From a virus (lineage: Duplodnaviria; Caudoviricetes): DNA of 64,000 bases. The notes under the pieces were generated by a model, which saw only the letters and a list, made by a program, of their open reading frames with translations, had not been told where the DNA came from and did no database searches. How positions within the stretch are numbered: position 1 is the first letter of the stretch; each line of letters opens with the position of its first letter. Positions 26,356 to 36,196 of this stretch are shown here, piece after piece. Both the position numbers and the translations under genes were made by a program. The stretch is taken from the IMG/VR virus record IMGVR_UViG_3300028591_000084, one strand, 5' to 3'.

Positions 26356-27406
26356 TAGTTATATAAATGGTAATTATATTGTAACGTTTGATAGGAGTGG
26401 GACAAGGTTTAGAAGAGCTTTGAGAGTAGGTGAAAATTTTAATCCTATTTTTCCAGACTCTATAGATCTTAAAGTTAGTAATATTTGTGACATAGGTTGT
26501 CCATTCTGTCATGAAAATTCTGTTCCTACAGGTAAAACTTGTTCTTGGGAAAATTTAGAACAAGTACTTTCTCCGATTAAGGATTATCCAATTGAGATAG
26601 CCATAGGAGGTGGAGATCTTACTATGATTGTTCCTCAGGTTCTTGATTTTGGAAGTTGGTGTTCAATGAATACCCGGTTTCAGCTAAGAATAACTATAAA
26701 TTCTAAGAGTATAATTAAGAGGCCTGGAGAAAAATCTGAAATTGTGTTTAATAGGCATAGTACTAGTCATAAGGATAGGTATACAAGAAATGTGGGTTCT
26801 GGATCTGCCGCATTACTCAGCGAACGTCATTATTTTCAAGCTATCGGTATTAGTATTTCCTCTTTTGATGATCTTCATAATTTGATAAGTAATGACGGGG
26901 AAGAGGGGTCATTACTATATAGGCTTGGTGGAGAGGTGAATCAAGTTGTTTGGCATATCGTGATTGGTGTAATGCCAGTATCAGATTTTGCTAGGATCTT
27001 AAAAGAATACACAAATAATTCTGACATTTACTTCGGATTTAGTAGACTTCGATTTCTTATTCTAGGGTTTAAACAATATGGTAGAGCCTCTAATGTTAAA
27101 GAAATAAATGAATTAGACGAATGGAGATCTATAGTCAAACAAACTCTATGGACAGCCCGTCATGTATATTCTATGGAGAGACTCAAGTGTATTTTTGCTT
27201 TTGATAATCTCGCCATAGAACAATTGGGAATAAAAGAGTCATTGTCAGTAACAGAGTGGTCAGAATTATACCTAGGAGATGAATTTTCTTCTTCAATGTA
27301 TATTAATGCTGTTGATGGATATTTCGGTCATAATAGCAGATCTAAAGAGGGTATTAGGTCTTGGGATGAAATAAGTATTTTAGATTATTTTAAAGATCAT
27401 GCCTAA
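26348..27406 (+). CDS. radical SAM protein
   Basis: CDIGCPFCH (CxxxCxxC) and a GGGD motif. Confidence 0.85.
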   Translation: MSSSYINGNYIVTFDRSGTRFRRALRVGENFNPIFPDSIDLKVSNICDIGCPFCHENSVPTGKTCSWENLEQVLSPIKDYPIEIAIGGGDLTMIVPQVLDFGSWCSMNTRFQLRITINSKSIIKRPGEKSEIVFNRHSTSHKDRYTRNVGSGSAALLSERHYFQAIGISISSFDDLHNLISNDGEEGSLLYRLGGEVNQVVWHIVIGVMPVSDFARILKEYTNNSDIYFGFSRLRFLILGFKQYGRASNVKEINELDEWRSIVKQTLWTARHVYSMERLKCIFAFDNLAIEQLGIKESLSVTEWSELYLGDEFSSSMYINAVDGYFGHNSRSKEGIRSWDEISILDYFKDHA

Positions 27407-27974
27407 GATTTATATAGTTAGTAAGGAGGCTTATTATAAAGTATTGGGAGAGGACATATATAAAGATTATGTTCCAACACAGGTTATAGTTGATTTTCCA
27501 AGCGATAAGCTCCCCTTTATTAAAAGTTTGGATACTTATCCTTATTTTGTTACTGAGGATTTTATATCACTAGCTTACCTTCCTAGTGACTGTTATGATA
27601 TTGATCGATATTTTGTTCCTAGGAAGTTCGCAGATAGAAATATAGCCCCTAGGTATGAAATCTCGTTAGATAATTGGAAAATTACTCCTATTAACGACCC
27701 TGATCCTTATATATTGAATGAGTATTATAAGTCTGATCTTTATTATGGTGAGAAGTTTTCAATAAAGGAATCAGGATACTTAGTAGAGGATATAGTTAAT
27801 GGTTGGAGTGAGAAAGTATTTGTTCATGAAGATAAAGAATACTTTAGCAGCTATTATATTTGTTATCCTTATAAAACTGTTTGTAGAAGAGACAGTACTT
27901 TATTTGCTGAGAGAGAGGAGTTATTTAAATTTGTAATGGTAAATTTATTAGGTAGTGAAAAAAGCAAAAATTAG
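27399..27974 (+). CDS. hypothetical protein
   Basis: 191-aa ORF in the operon. Confidence 0.65.
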   Translation: MPKIYIVSKEAYYKVLGEDIYKDYVPTQVIVDFPSDKLPFIKSLDTYPYFVTEDFISLAYLPSDCYDIDRYFVPRKFADRNIAPRYEISLDNWKITPINDPDPYILNEYYKSDLYYGEKFSIKESGYLVEDIVNGWSEKVFVHEDKEYFSSYYICYPYKTVCRRDSTLFAEREELFKFVMVNLLGSEKSKN

Positions 27975-28374
27975 AGAGATTATTCGAGATGTAAACCAGA
28001 GCTTAATTCATTATAAGAGAGGTGGTTGCATCGACTGTAGAAGAACTCCTAATTCCTCTATCAATATGGTCAACACAATAGAAGAGTATGTTGATGCTAG
28101 ATTTAATAGAGAGTGTTGGGAGGTTCCAGAGTTAAGAGAGGCTTGTGATCTGTTAGAAGGTCATCTGTTTATCTGTACTTTGGAAGGTGTTGATGAGGTC
28201 CGGAAAAGATATAAGACGGCTACTCTTAAATTAGTTAGTCCTACTGACATTCTGGATCCTACTCCAGAGCTTGAAAATCTACTTAAAGAAGTTAAAATCT
28301 TTCTTGGTGGAAATAAAATTAAATTTAATGGTTTAAAGTATAAAGTAAAATTTGAAATCCTTTTCGAAGAATGA
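27955..28374 (+). CDS. hypothetical protein
   Basis: 139-aa ORF in the operon. Confidence 0.65.
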   Translation: MKKAKIREIIRDVNQSLIHYKRGGCIDCRRTPNSSINMVNTIEEYVDARFNRECWEVPELREACDLLEGHLFICTLEGVDEVRKRYKTATLKLVSPTDILDPTPELENLLKEVKIFLGGNKIKFNGLKYKVKFEILFEE

Positions 28375-29858
28375 GTTGGAGATTAGTTTGTGATATTGAT
28401 GCCTATATTGGTGATGATAATACAGTAGTTTTCGCACCAACAGTAGAGACAAAGAGAGTATTATCGAAGTATATTAAACATATTTCAGGACATACAAAGA
28501 AAGTTATTCTAGAGGATCCTCAGTTTAGTTTATCTATTACAGACGATTTAAAGATTCTCTGTAAGTCTGACGAGCTGCCTGAATGGTGTACTGTAAAGAA
28601 TTTTGCTGACTCTACTGTAGGAAGAATTATTAGTCAGAACTTAATCTCTAAGACTCAAGGCCAGTTTGATAGCCAAGAGTTTGAGATTATAATTAATAAT
28701 GATGAGGGCTTCGTTAGCTTTGTTACAAGTGAAATGAAAGAATATGATGATTGTTACGATGAAATGAATCGTCAACTCTATTTTTCTATTGGAAAGAAAG
28801 TAAAGAAGCTGATTGTAGGTCATAAGTATTATAGTTCTGAGGATTCGTTTTATTATCTAGGAACTTTTCTTAGCAGAAAAACCGGAGGAGATGTTATATC
28901 TGATTTTGAAACAAATGTAGATAGTCTTCAGAAAGTATATCTGATTTACAAAGGTGTAGCCCCCAGAGATGGTTCAGGAAAGATCAGTGATATTCTTAAG
29001 TCTAACTATCCATCCGCCCTTGGTAATTTAAGACTTGTTTTTAAACTTGGTAGCGTTGTAGATGGTGGAAAGGGACTTATTGATGATGTTCCTGATATTA
29101 GACCTTATTTTGAGTGTATTATTCAGAATGCCTTAGGACAACCTGGAGTTAACCCTCTTGAAATTTTATCAATCTGGAAAAAAGATTGGGAAGCTAAGTT
29201 GTCAGAAGATATAGTTGAACTGATTCTTAAGTATTACAAGGATCTCTGTGTTAGTACTTTAATTAGTGAATGGGATGTTGTAAAGTCTAATATGATTTCT
29301 AAAGCTAATACAGAGAAAGATAATCTTAATAATCTCCAGTCAAAGACCTGTGCACTCATTGATACTAATAATGTTTGGTCAGGACCTTTCTATCAAAACC
29401 TATTTCAGTATTTTGGGATCGATATACAGGCGATTACATCACAAGTCTTAAAGACAATTGAAAATCCTATTAACTATGTTTTTAGTAGTTGGGAAACCTA
29501 TTCTAAGTACTATGAGATTTTCTTTGCTAATCATTTTGTAGTTAATAATAGAGACTTGGATCAAACTGTAAAAAAGTCAAATAAGATCCAGCCAATTACT
29601 GAATTATTGGGAGAAGGGCCTTTATCGGAGGCAATTAAATTCCTACTAGATGAGGCAAGAGAAAATAAAGTAATTTTATCATCTTTTGTCTTTTTACCTA
29701 AAGCTGAGGGAGATGGTTATTTTATTAGAGCCAGAGTAACCTTAGCTGACATCATTAATAATATCAACTTGACGGATGATCTCAAGAAGGATATTATTAA
29801 GAAGAAGTTTAATTACATTAACGTCAGTTTTGACGAGAATGCAGAAATCATTTTATGA
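28371..29858 (+). CDS. hypothetical protein
   Basis: 495-aa ORF with ATGA overlaps at both ends. Confidence 0.75.
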   Translation: MSWRLVCDIDAYIGDDNTVVFAPTVETKRVLSKYIKHISGHTKKVILEDPQFSLSITDDLKILCKSDELPEWCTVKNFADSTVGRIISQNLISKTQGQFDSQEFEIIINNDEGFVSFVTSEMKEYDDCYDEMNRQLYFSIGKKVKKLIVGHKYYSSEDSFYYLGTFLSRKTGGDVISDFETNVDSLQKVYLIYKGVAPRDGSGKISDILKSNYPSALGNLRLVFKLGSVVDGGKGLIDDVPDIRPYFECIIQNALGQPGVNPLEILSIWKKDWEAKLSEDIVELILKYYKDLCVSTLISEWDVVKSNMISKANTEKDNLNNLQSKTCALIDTNNVWSGPFYQNLFQYFGIDIQAITSQVLKTIENPINYVFSSWETYSKYYEIFFANHFVVNNRDLDQTVKKSNKIQPITELLGEGPLSEAIKFLLDEARENKVILSSFVFLPKAEGDGYFIRARVTLADIINNINLTDDLKKDIIKKKFNYINVSFDENAEIIL

Positions 29859-30142
29859 AACAAGAAAATATAAAATGTGATGGTGAAGTAGTACAAGAAC
29901 TAGGTAATTCTATGTTTAATGTGATGTTAGACTTAAAGGGAGAAGATCATACTGTTATCTGTACTATATCTGGTAAGATTCGTAAAAATTTTATCAGAAT
30001 TATGACAGGTGATAAAGTTACTATTGAAATGAGTCCCTATGATCTAACGAGAGGACGTATTGTTTTTAGATATCCTCCTATTGCTTCACGACAGGTAGAT
30101 TCAGAGTTAATTAATAATAAGTCTAACAAAAAGAAAAAGTAA
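29855..30142 (+). CDS. infA: translation initiation factor IF-1
   Basis: GEVVQELGNSMFNV...ISGKIRKNFIRIMTGDKVTIEMSPYDLTRGRIVFR. Confidence 0.93.
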   Translation: MKQENIKCDGEVVQELGNSMFNVMLDLKGEDHTVICTISGKIRKNFIRIMTGDKVTIEMSPYDLTRGRIVFRYPPIASRQVDSELINNKSNKKKK

Positions 30143-30145
30143 GTA

Positions 30146-30844
30146 ATGAAAAGACCTAAAATTTCAGATACTCCTATTGGAAAGTTGTATCCATTTTACT
30201 TAGAGAACAAAGTGCTTAGAGATCATTATCTCTATCAAGTAGTAACCCCAGAAATGCTCCCAGATTATACACCACTCCTAACTTTGGTGAAGATTTCTGA
30301 GAGAGTTCATCCCAATGAAAAGCTGCAGGCAACCAAAAATAATATGTACCATGGTGATTTGCTTGCTATGATGATGCGTGGATCAAGAAAGGATCTCAGC
30401 AAGAAGGCAGCAGCTTTCATTGAGAAGTCCTTTAGTGGAAAGATGGGTTCTCACATCTACGAGTCTAGTGAAAAAGCTCCCGCTGTTTTTGAGAATGGTA
30501 CTGATTTTCCTCTTTACGAGATGGACCCTTTTGGCACCAGACTAATCGTTTGCGGTATTCGTGATTTGATTAGAAAGACAAAGTATCAGATTCGTGATGG
30601 TGCTTTGATTGATATTTTGTTAACTCAAGATACTTTTGGTGTTTTCAAGATTGTCGGAGTAGGGGAAGGAGTAAAACTTCAGATCCAGGGTGTTTATAAT
30701 ATGGCAGATATTGCTAGACAAAACCCCCTTAATCTGGATCTTTCAAAAGTAGTCAATTACCCCAAGAAGACTTTTACTGGAGAGACTAAGAATTATGATC
30801 TCTTTCGTGCTATTAGATCTTGTGAGTGGCGATCTTTTGAATAA
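30146..30844 (+). CDS. hypothetical protein
   Basis: 232-aa ORF followed by a hairpin/T run. Confidence 0.7.
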   Translation: MKRPKISDTPIGKLYPFYLENKVLRDHYLYQVVTPEMLPDYTPLLTLVKISERVHPNEKLQATKNNMYHGDLLAMMMRGSRKDLSKKAAAFIEKSFSGKMGSHIYESSEKAPAVFENGTDFPLYEMDPFGTRLIVCGIRDLIRKTKYQIRDGALIDILLTQDTFGVFKIVGVGEGVKLQIQGVYNMADIARQNPLNLDLSKVVNYPKKTFTGETKNYDLFRAIRSCEWRSFE

Positions 30845-30895
30845 CCTAAATCAAACGGGGATTGGTGATGAGCCTTTCCCCTCTTTTTTAATTTT

Positions 30896-31321
30896 ATGAT
30901 GCAGGAATATTTTTCAGGGAAAAAGAAAATATTAAAGTCCCTATATCTTCTTTATTTTTTGATATGCGGGACTTTCTCTTACTTTATATTTCTTAAGACG
31001 GGTTTTAGTATATTATTAGGTTTGGTATGCCTTTGCTCTATTGTAGGGTTTGTAGTATTTCACGATCTTTTAGTATTGTGGATCTTTAAGCAGTCTGTAA
31101 TAGTAGCAACACAAACCTTACTGAATGAGATAAGAAAATATATAAGAGATAATATTATTCTAGATTGTTTAGAAAAAGAAGATATATCAGGAATTCGTTA
31201 TGGTGAATTAAGAGATAAGATTGAACTAATTTTTGATAGCATTGAAACCCCTGAATTAAAGGAGTTTGCCGATCTCTTGGCTGATAGAAAGAGGTTTATT
31301 CGGGAAAAAGAAAAGAAATAA
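30896..31321 (+). CDS. membrane protein (two TM helices)
   Basis: Two hydrophobic stretches near the N-terminus. Confidence 0.65.
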   Translation: MMQEYFSGKKKILKSLYLLYFLICGTFSYFIFLKTGFSILLGLVCLCSIVGFVVFHDLLVLWIFKQSVIVATQTLLNEIRKYIRDNIILDCLEKEDISGIRYGELRDKIELIFDSIETPELKEFADLLADRKRFIREKEKK

Positions 31322-31350
31322 GGAGCCGTTAAAAGCTCCTTTTATTTTTT
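31319..31350. terminator. bidirectional terminator between convergent genes
   Basis: AAGGAGC-CGTTAAAA-GCTCCTT flanked by A and T runs. Confidence 0.7.
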
Positions 31351-31860
31351 TTATTTAACAAGTCTAAGAAATAGTCCGGTTAATTCTTCTATTTCTTGTC
31401 GATTGTAAGTCTCGTTTTCATCCTTGAACTTTAAATCTACAAAGTAAGCAGCAAAATCTAGATAATTGCTGTGAGAATTTGAAGTTTCTTTTAGGATTAA
31501 TTCTTCAGATTCCTTGAGAAAATCTTTCACTATTATTATTTTACTAAATAAAGGATATGCATTATTATTACATAATAACTTTCTTATAAAATTTGAAGTA
31601 AGATATTTCTCATTAAACATAGAATCTTTCCCTACTAATTTCTGCTTATTTTTAAAACATATATAGGCAGGCCCGTATTCATCATAGAACTTTGTATTAT
31701 ATAGTCCTGAAGATCCTATCAGTTTCTGATTAAAATCAAAATGAGGGTCAGTGTAAAATTTTTCTATTTTTACTTTAGATAGTACTGGAATATAAATTGA
31801 ATGTGAAATCGCCTTATATGCACCTTTATCAATCTTAGTAACTATGACTATACATTTCAT
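31351..31860 (-). CDS. hypothetical protein, paralog family A
   Basis: Shares IYIP, PAY, IIVKDFL and YFVDLKF with the adjacent ORFs. Confidence 0.7.
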   Translation of the reverse strand: MKCIVIVTKIDKGAYKAISHSIYIPVLSKVKIEKFYTDPHFDFNQKLIGSSGLYNTKFYDEYGPAYICFKNKQKLVGKDSMFNEKYLTSNFIRKLLCNNNAYPLFSKIIIVKDFLKESEELILKETSNSHSNYLDFAAYFVDLKFKDENETYNRQEIEELTGLFLRLVK

Positions 31861-32435
31861 TCTTTAATACTTTCAATTATATCAATTTTGATATTACTAT
31901 TACTTAGATTTTTCATTTCCTGCCTACTGCAAGTGCCTTTATATCCTTTAAATTTTAAATCTACAGTATAAGTATAAAAGATTTGAAATCTTTGACAGCC
32001 TGCTTTGATTGAATGTAAGTTATTGGGGGTTTCAAGAAAATCACTTACTATTAGAATATTAGAACAGTAAGCACCCCTAATCATTAATTTTATTAAGTTT
32101 GGTGTCATTATTTTATCTCCGATGCCACGTGCCTGGTGATAAAAACACTCAAATTTTAGGTAGGCAGGTTCATATTCCTTCTTATATGCCGGAGTAATAT
32201 CAGGTCCACTAATAACTCCTATTAATTTTCCATCAAAATTATAAATATTACTCTTATAAGAAAATATTTGATCTAATCTGGTAAATATAGGAATATAGAT
32301 CGAAATATTATAAGTTATATATTTCTGACCAAGAAAAGATAGAGTTATTATACTTTTCATATTTCTATAAGAAGTCGTTACTCCTATATAATAAAGATAA
32401 CATCTCTCGCTTACTACAAGTCCCATAAATCCCAT
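31857..32435 (-). CDS. hypothetical protein, paralog family A (true start probably MKSIITL)
   Basis: IYIP, PAY, TPNLIK, IVSDFL, YTVDLKF and GTCSRQEM. Confidence 0.7.
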   Translation of the reverse strand: MGFMGLVVSERCYLYYIGVTTSYRNMKSIITLSFLGQKYITYNISIYIPIFTRLDQIFSYKSNIYNFDGKLIGVISGPDITPAYKKEYEPAYLKFECFYHQARGIGDKIMTPNLIKLMIRGAYCSNILIVSDFLETPNNLHSIKAGCQRFQIFYTYTVDLKFKGYKGTCSRQEMKNLSNSNIKIDIIESIKE

Positions 32436-32865
32436 TAAACCCCAGTTCTACAAAATAAGAGTGAAATTCTTGAAAGGCCTTGTTAGTTCTTTGTGGTGTT
32501 TTTATATTTTCCTTATCAAGAAGAAACTCTTTTACGACTATAGTTCGAGAATAAATTATTGAAAAGCTTTTTAATAACTCTTTAACTAACCTAGGAGTTA
32601 ATATTTTTTCTGTAATTCCTAGGTGCGAGTTATAGCAATAGTCGAAGCTAGCATAGGCAGGCCTGAGTTTATCACCATCTCTCATTGAATAGTAATCATA
32701 AGTCTCTATAATAATATCTCTTTCAAAACCAGGGATAATTTTAGTAGTGTTATTTACAATATTAGAACCTGTCTTAGTAGTTAATATTGGAACATTAATA
32801 GTAATAAAACAAGTCTTATTCTCATTTAGTTCATCCAACGAAGATATTACTACTAAACTTTTCAC
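32365..32865 (-). CDS. hypothetical protein, paralog family A
   Basis: INVP, PAY, TPRLVK, VVKEFL, YFVELGF and GTCSKREM. Confidence 0.7.
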   Translation of the reverse strand: MKSLVVISSLDELNENKTCFITINVPILTTKTGSNIVNNTTKIIPGFERDIIIETYDYYSMRDGDKLRPAYASFDYCYNSHLGITEKILTPRLVKELLKSFSIIYSRTIVVKEFLLDKENIKTPQRTNKAFQEFHSYFVELGFNGIYGTCSKREMLSLLYRSNDFL

Positions 32866-33283
32866 AATTCTTTATAGTTTCTTCAAGATCCATCGTAAAT
32901 TTCTCTGGTAGCTGTCCATATATAGTTTTTATCTGATCATCAAATTTAGGATAATCATATTCAATAATGTCTATTATTTCATCATAAAACTCTTCTATCA
33001 CTCCCTTAATTTGGTCGATTTCATCATAGACTCCACATCTAGTAAGTGGAATTCTAACTGTACTTCTAAGCAGTCTTAGTTGATTAAGGGTTGGTATCTT
33101 TGTCACTTCTCCTGTTATTGTTCCGAAATAGTATCCGGCAACAACATGATGATTATTAAATGGAATCTTTGGAAAAGCCGATAGACGTTCTTTTGCTCGA
33201 AAATAGGTCTTAAATCTAATTGGTATTGCTCTAACAAATGTAAATCCCGATAAAGCTCTAATAATAAAAAAATAGCATTTCAT
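32831..33283 (-). CDS. hypothetical protein
   Basis: 150-aa ORF, first of the minus-strand block. MKCYFFII start resembles family A. Confidence 0.65.
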   Translation of the reverse strand: MKCYFFIIRALSGFTFVRAIPIRFKTYFRAKERLSAFPKIPFNNHHVVAGYYFGTITGEVTKIPTLNQLRLLRSTVRIPLTRCGVYDEIDQIKGVIEEFYDEIIDIIEYDYPKFDDQIKTIYGQLPEKFTMDLEETIKNCEKFSSNIFVG

Positions 33284-33374
33284 TTATTATTAAGGATTTG
33301 AAACCTATGTTTTTACTGTTAGATCCACTTTAGACTCTTATTATTGAATATAAATAATTTAAATTTCAGGAAAT

Positions 33375-33638
33375 ATGAAAACAGTTGATGTAAAAATTTT
33401 AGTAAAACATGAGGAACTAAAGGACTCTAGGCTGTCTGAAAAGCTAGGTGGTTTTGAGTTACCAGCAGGAGCAGGTGAGTATGATACTTATCGTGTTATT
33501 TCTGTTGGTGAAAATGTAACATCTTCTCTTAAGGAAGGTGACTTAATTGCTACCTATCCTAAAGCAGGTCATGAAATTACTGTTGAGGGAGTCAGCTATA
33601 GAGTTATTACGTTATCAGATATTTTGCTAGTATTTTAA
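33375..33638 (+). CDS. groES: GroES-like co-chaperonin
   Basis: GGFELP, VISVG, LKEGD and DILLV. Directly upstream of GroEL. Confidence 0.75.
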   Translation: MKTVDVKILVKHEELKDSRLSEKLGGFELPAGAGEYDTYRVISVGENVTSSLKEGDLIATYPKAGHEITVEGVSYRVITLSDILLVF

Positions 33639-33653
33639 AAAATTATTAAAGAA

Positions 33654-35297
33654 ATGGACAATAAAATTATTAAGACGGGAAGATCCTGTCAAGAGAAAAT
33701 TATTGAAGGTGTTAATAAAGCCGTTGATGCAATTAAGATTTCGATGGGACCGTCAGGACATGGCATTGCTATTGCTGATGATGGTCTAGGTTGTCAAATT
33801 ACTCGTGATGGTGCTACTATCGCCAAGAATATTAGACTAGCTGACCAAGAGGAAAACATCGGAGCTGAGCTAGTAAAGAAAGCTGCTGCATTAACAGAAG
33901 AAAAGGCTGGTGACTCAACCTCTACTTGCTCCTTGTTTATTCAGGAGTTCTGTAAGAGAGGTCAACGGGCTATTTCTGCTGGTGCTAATGTGAACGAAAT
34001 TAAAGCTGGTATGTTGTTAGCAGGTAAATGGGTAACAGAATTTATCAAGGCTAATTCAATCCCCGTTAATGGAGATCTTGAGAAGGTCTGTAAGGTTGCC
34101 ACGATATCTGCAAATAATGATCCAGAGGTTGGTTCTTTAGTAGCTGAGGGCTTTAAGACTGTTGGTTTTAATGGTCTAGTTACTGCTGATACTTCATCTG
34201 CCCTAGACACAACGATTGAGGTAACGACTGGTATGAAGCTAGACAAAGGTTGGTGTTCTCCCCAGTACGTAACTAATGCCGAAGAAGGCAAGTGTGTCAT
34301 GGAGGATGCTTATATTTTGGTGGCATCAGAACGTATTTCATCTATCCCTCAGATTGTTAATTTTTTGCAGGACTATCAGACAAATGCTCAGGGTCGTCCT
34401 TTGCTTATTATCTGTGATGATATTGATGAGACAGTTAATGCTATGTTTGTTTATAATACCATAAGAGGTGCTATTCGTTGTTGTGTTGTTAAGGGTGTCG
34501 AATTTGGAGATACTCGAAAGAATACAATGGAGGATATTGCAGTTGTTGTGGGCGCTACTCATATCATTGCTGAGGCCGGATTGACTCTTAGTTCAGCCAC
34601 CCTCTCTGATCTTGGTCAGGCTAAGAAGGTTGTAGTTGGAAGAGACTCTTGTATTATCTATAATGGTGCTGGAAATCCTGATGCTATTAGTCAGAGGGCT
34701 TCAATTATGGTTAAGCGTCTTGAGGATCCTACTATTTCGGATTACGACAAGACTAAGTTTGAGAAGAGAATTGCTAATCTAACTGGAGGTATTGCTGTTA
34801 TTAAAGCTGGTGGAGCTAGTGAAGCTGAAACCGCAAACAGAAAGGCCACTATTGAGGATGCAATTCTTGCTGCCAAATGTGCTATTGAGGAAGGTTGTAG
34901 TCCTGGTGGAGGTTATACTTTCTTTAAAGCAGCTGAGGCACTTGGACGAGATAAATCCTTCTGGTCTAAACTAACTGAAGATGAACGTGAGGGTGCTATG
35001 ATTGTTCAGAAGTCTCTCCCAGTTGTTCTTACCACTATTGCTGAAAATTCCGGTGTTAATGGTGAAGTTATTCTGAGAGAGCTTCAAAAGATCAAGAAAC
35101 CTGGTGTTGGTTTTGATGCCAAGACTAAGTCATTTGTTAATCTAGAGCAAGCAGGTATTTTAGATAGTGCTAAGTGTCTAAGGGTTAGTATTGAGAATAG
35201 CATTAGTGCTGCAAGTATGATCTTGCTAATTGACTGCACTATAACGAAAGATGCGGAGTCAGATAAGAATGATTCTGGATCGAGCAGTATCTTCTAA
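33654..35297 (+). CDS. groEL: GroEL-like chaperonin
   Basis: SMGPSG, ITRDGATIAK, AGDSTST, TISANND, GGIAVIKAGG and IEDAILA. Confidence 0.95.
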   Translation: MDNKIIKTGRSCQEKIIEGVNKAVDAIKISMGPSGHGIAIADDGLGCQITRDGATIAKNIRLADQEENIGAELVKKAAALTEEKAGDSTSTCSLFIQEFCKRGQRAISAGANVNEIKAGMLLAGKWVTEFIKANSIPVNGDLEKVCKVATISANNDPEVGSLVAEGFKTVGFNGLVTADTSSALDTTIEVTTGMKLDKGWCSPQYVTNAEEGKCVMEDAYILVASERISSIPQIVNFLQDYQTNAQGRPLLIICDDIDETVNAMFVYNTIRGAIRCCVVKGVEFGDTRKNTMEDIAVVVGATHIIAEAGLTLSSATLSDLGQAKKVVVGRDSCIIYNGAGNPDAISQRASIMVKRLEDPTISDYDKTKFEKRIANLTGGIAVIKAGGASEAETANRKATIEDAILAAKCAIEEGCSPGGGYTFFKAAEALGRDKSFWSKLTEDEREGAMIVQKSLPVVLTTIAENSGVNGEVILRELQKIKKPGVGFDAKTKSFVNLEQAGILDSAKCLRVSIENSISAASMILLIDCTITKDAESDKNDSGSSSIF

Positions 35298-35338
35298 AGG
35301 GTGTGGAGTACAAGTTACTCCTCCCTTTTTTGTAATTA

Positions 35339-35842
35339 ATGAACGTAACAGTTTTTGGATACTCTCGAAGACCGAGTGGATCTTTCGTCGAAATACCATT
35401 GGGAGATTATTTCTGGGTCCCTGATATTGAATATATTGAGTCTATTCAAAAAGCTTCTAAACCCAATATAATAAACTATATAAAAAATAATCCCCCAAGA
35501 ACACGGACTTTATGTAAGGATGCTTGTTTAACAGTACCTTTATTTGATTATTGTCCCTACAAATACGTAACGGAGATGATCATCCTAGGTAGTATTAAAG
35601 AAGAAAGTAAGGATTTTTCTAGATTTTCTGATTTCTTTAGGTTTGAAGGAAGAGCTAGAGAATTTCCCATCCATTATGATAAAAGAATTAGAACTAAGGT
35701 CGATTTATTCTATATTATGGATCAGGTTAGTGATATTTGGACAGTTAACATGATTTATAATTCAGAAACAGATCTTAACGTAGTTCTTGCATACCTCTTA
35801 GTGTATTACTATACTGAACAATTTACCAAAAAGATCAAGTAA
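35339..35842 (+). CDS. hypothetical protein
   Basis: 167-aa ORF. Confidence 0.65.
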   Translation: MNVTVFGYSRRPSGSFVEIPLGDYFWVPDIEYIESIQKASKPNIINYIKNNPPRTRTLCKDACLTVPLFDYCPYKYVTEMIILGSIKEESKDFSRFSDFFRFEGRAREFPIHYDKRIRTKVDLFYIMDQVSDIWTVNMIYNSETDLNVVLAYLLVYYYTEQFTKKIK

Positions 35843-35863
35843 ATGCCTTAACTTTGAAAATAT

Positions 35864-36196
35864 ATGAGTCATATAATTGAAGAAAGTGATTGGTTTTCAA
35901 ATAACGAGAGCTATAATGAAAATGAAGATGACGGTTGTGAATTTGCCAATGACATTTTATGCTCAATAGAAGCTTCTCGTCCTTTTGGAATTATCTGGGA
36001 TGTAGATAAAATGAAAGAGTTTCTAGAGAAACGCGGTTATAATGTCGTTCCACTAGATACTGATCCAGAGGATTATATAGTCTACAAAGATACAGATGAT
36101 CTTATCCCAGATTTGCCAAACATAGATGAAGTTTTCGCATCTGAAATTCAATCAATTCTATTAAAATGGTTAATAAAACTAGATGCAGACAATTGA
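35864..36196 (+). CDS. acidic hypothetical protein
   Basis: 110-aa ORF preceded by the CCTTAACTTTG promoter core at 35846-35856. Confidence 0.65.
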   Translation: MSHIIEESDWFSNNESYNENEDDGCEFANDILCSIEASRPFGIIWDVDKMKEFLEKRGYNVVPLDTDPEDYIVYKDTDDLIPDLPNIDEVFASEIQSILLKWLIKLDADN

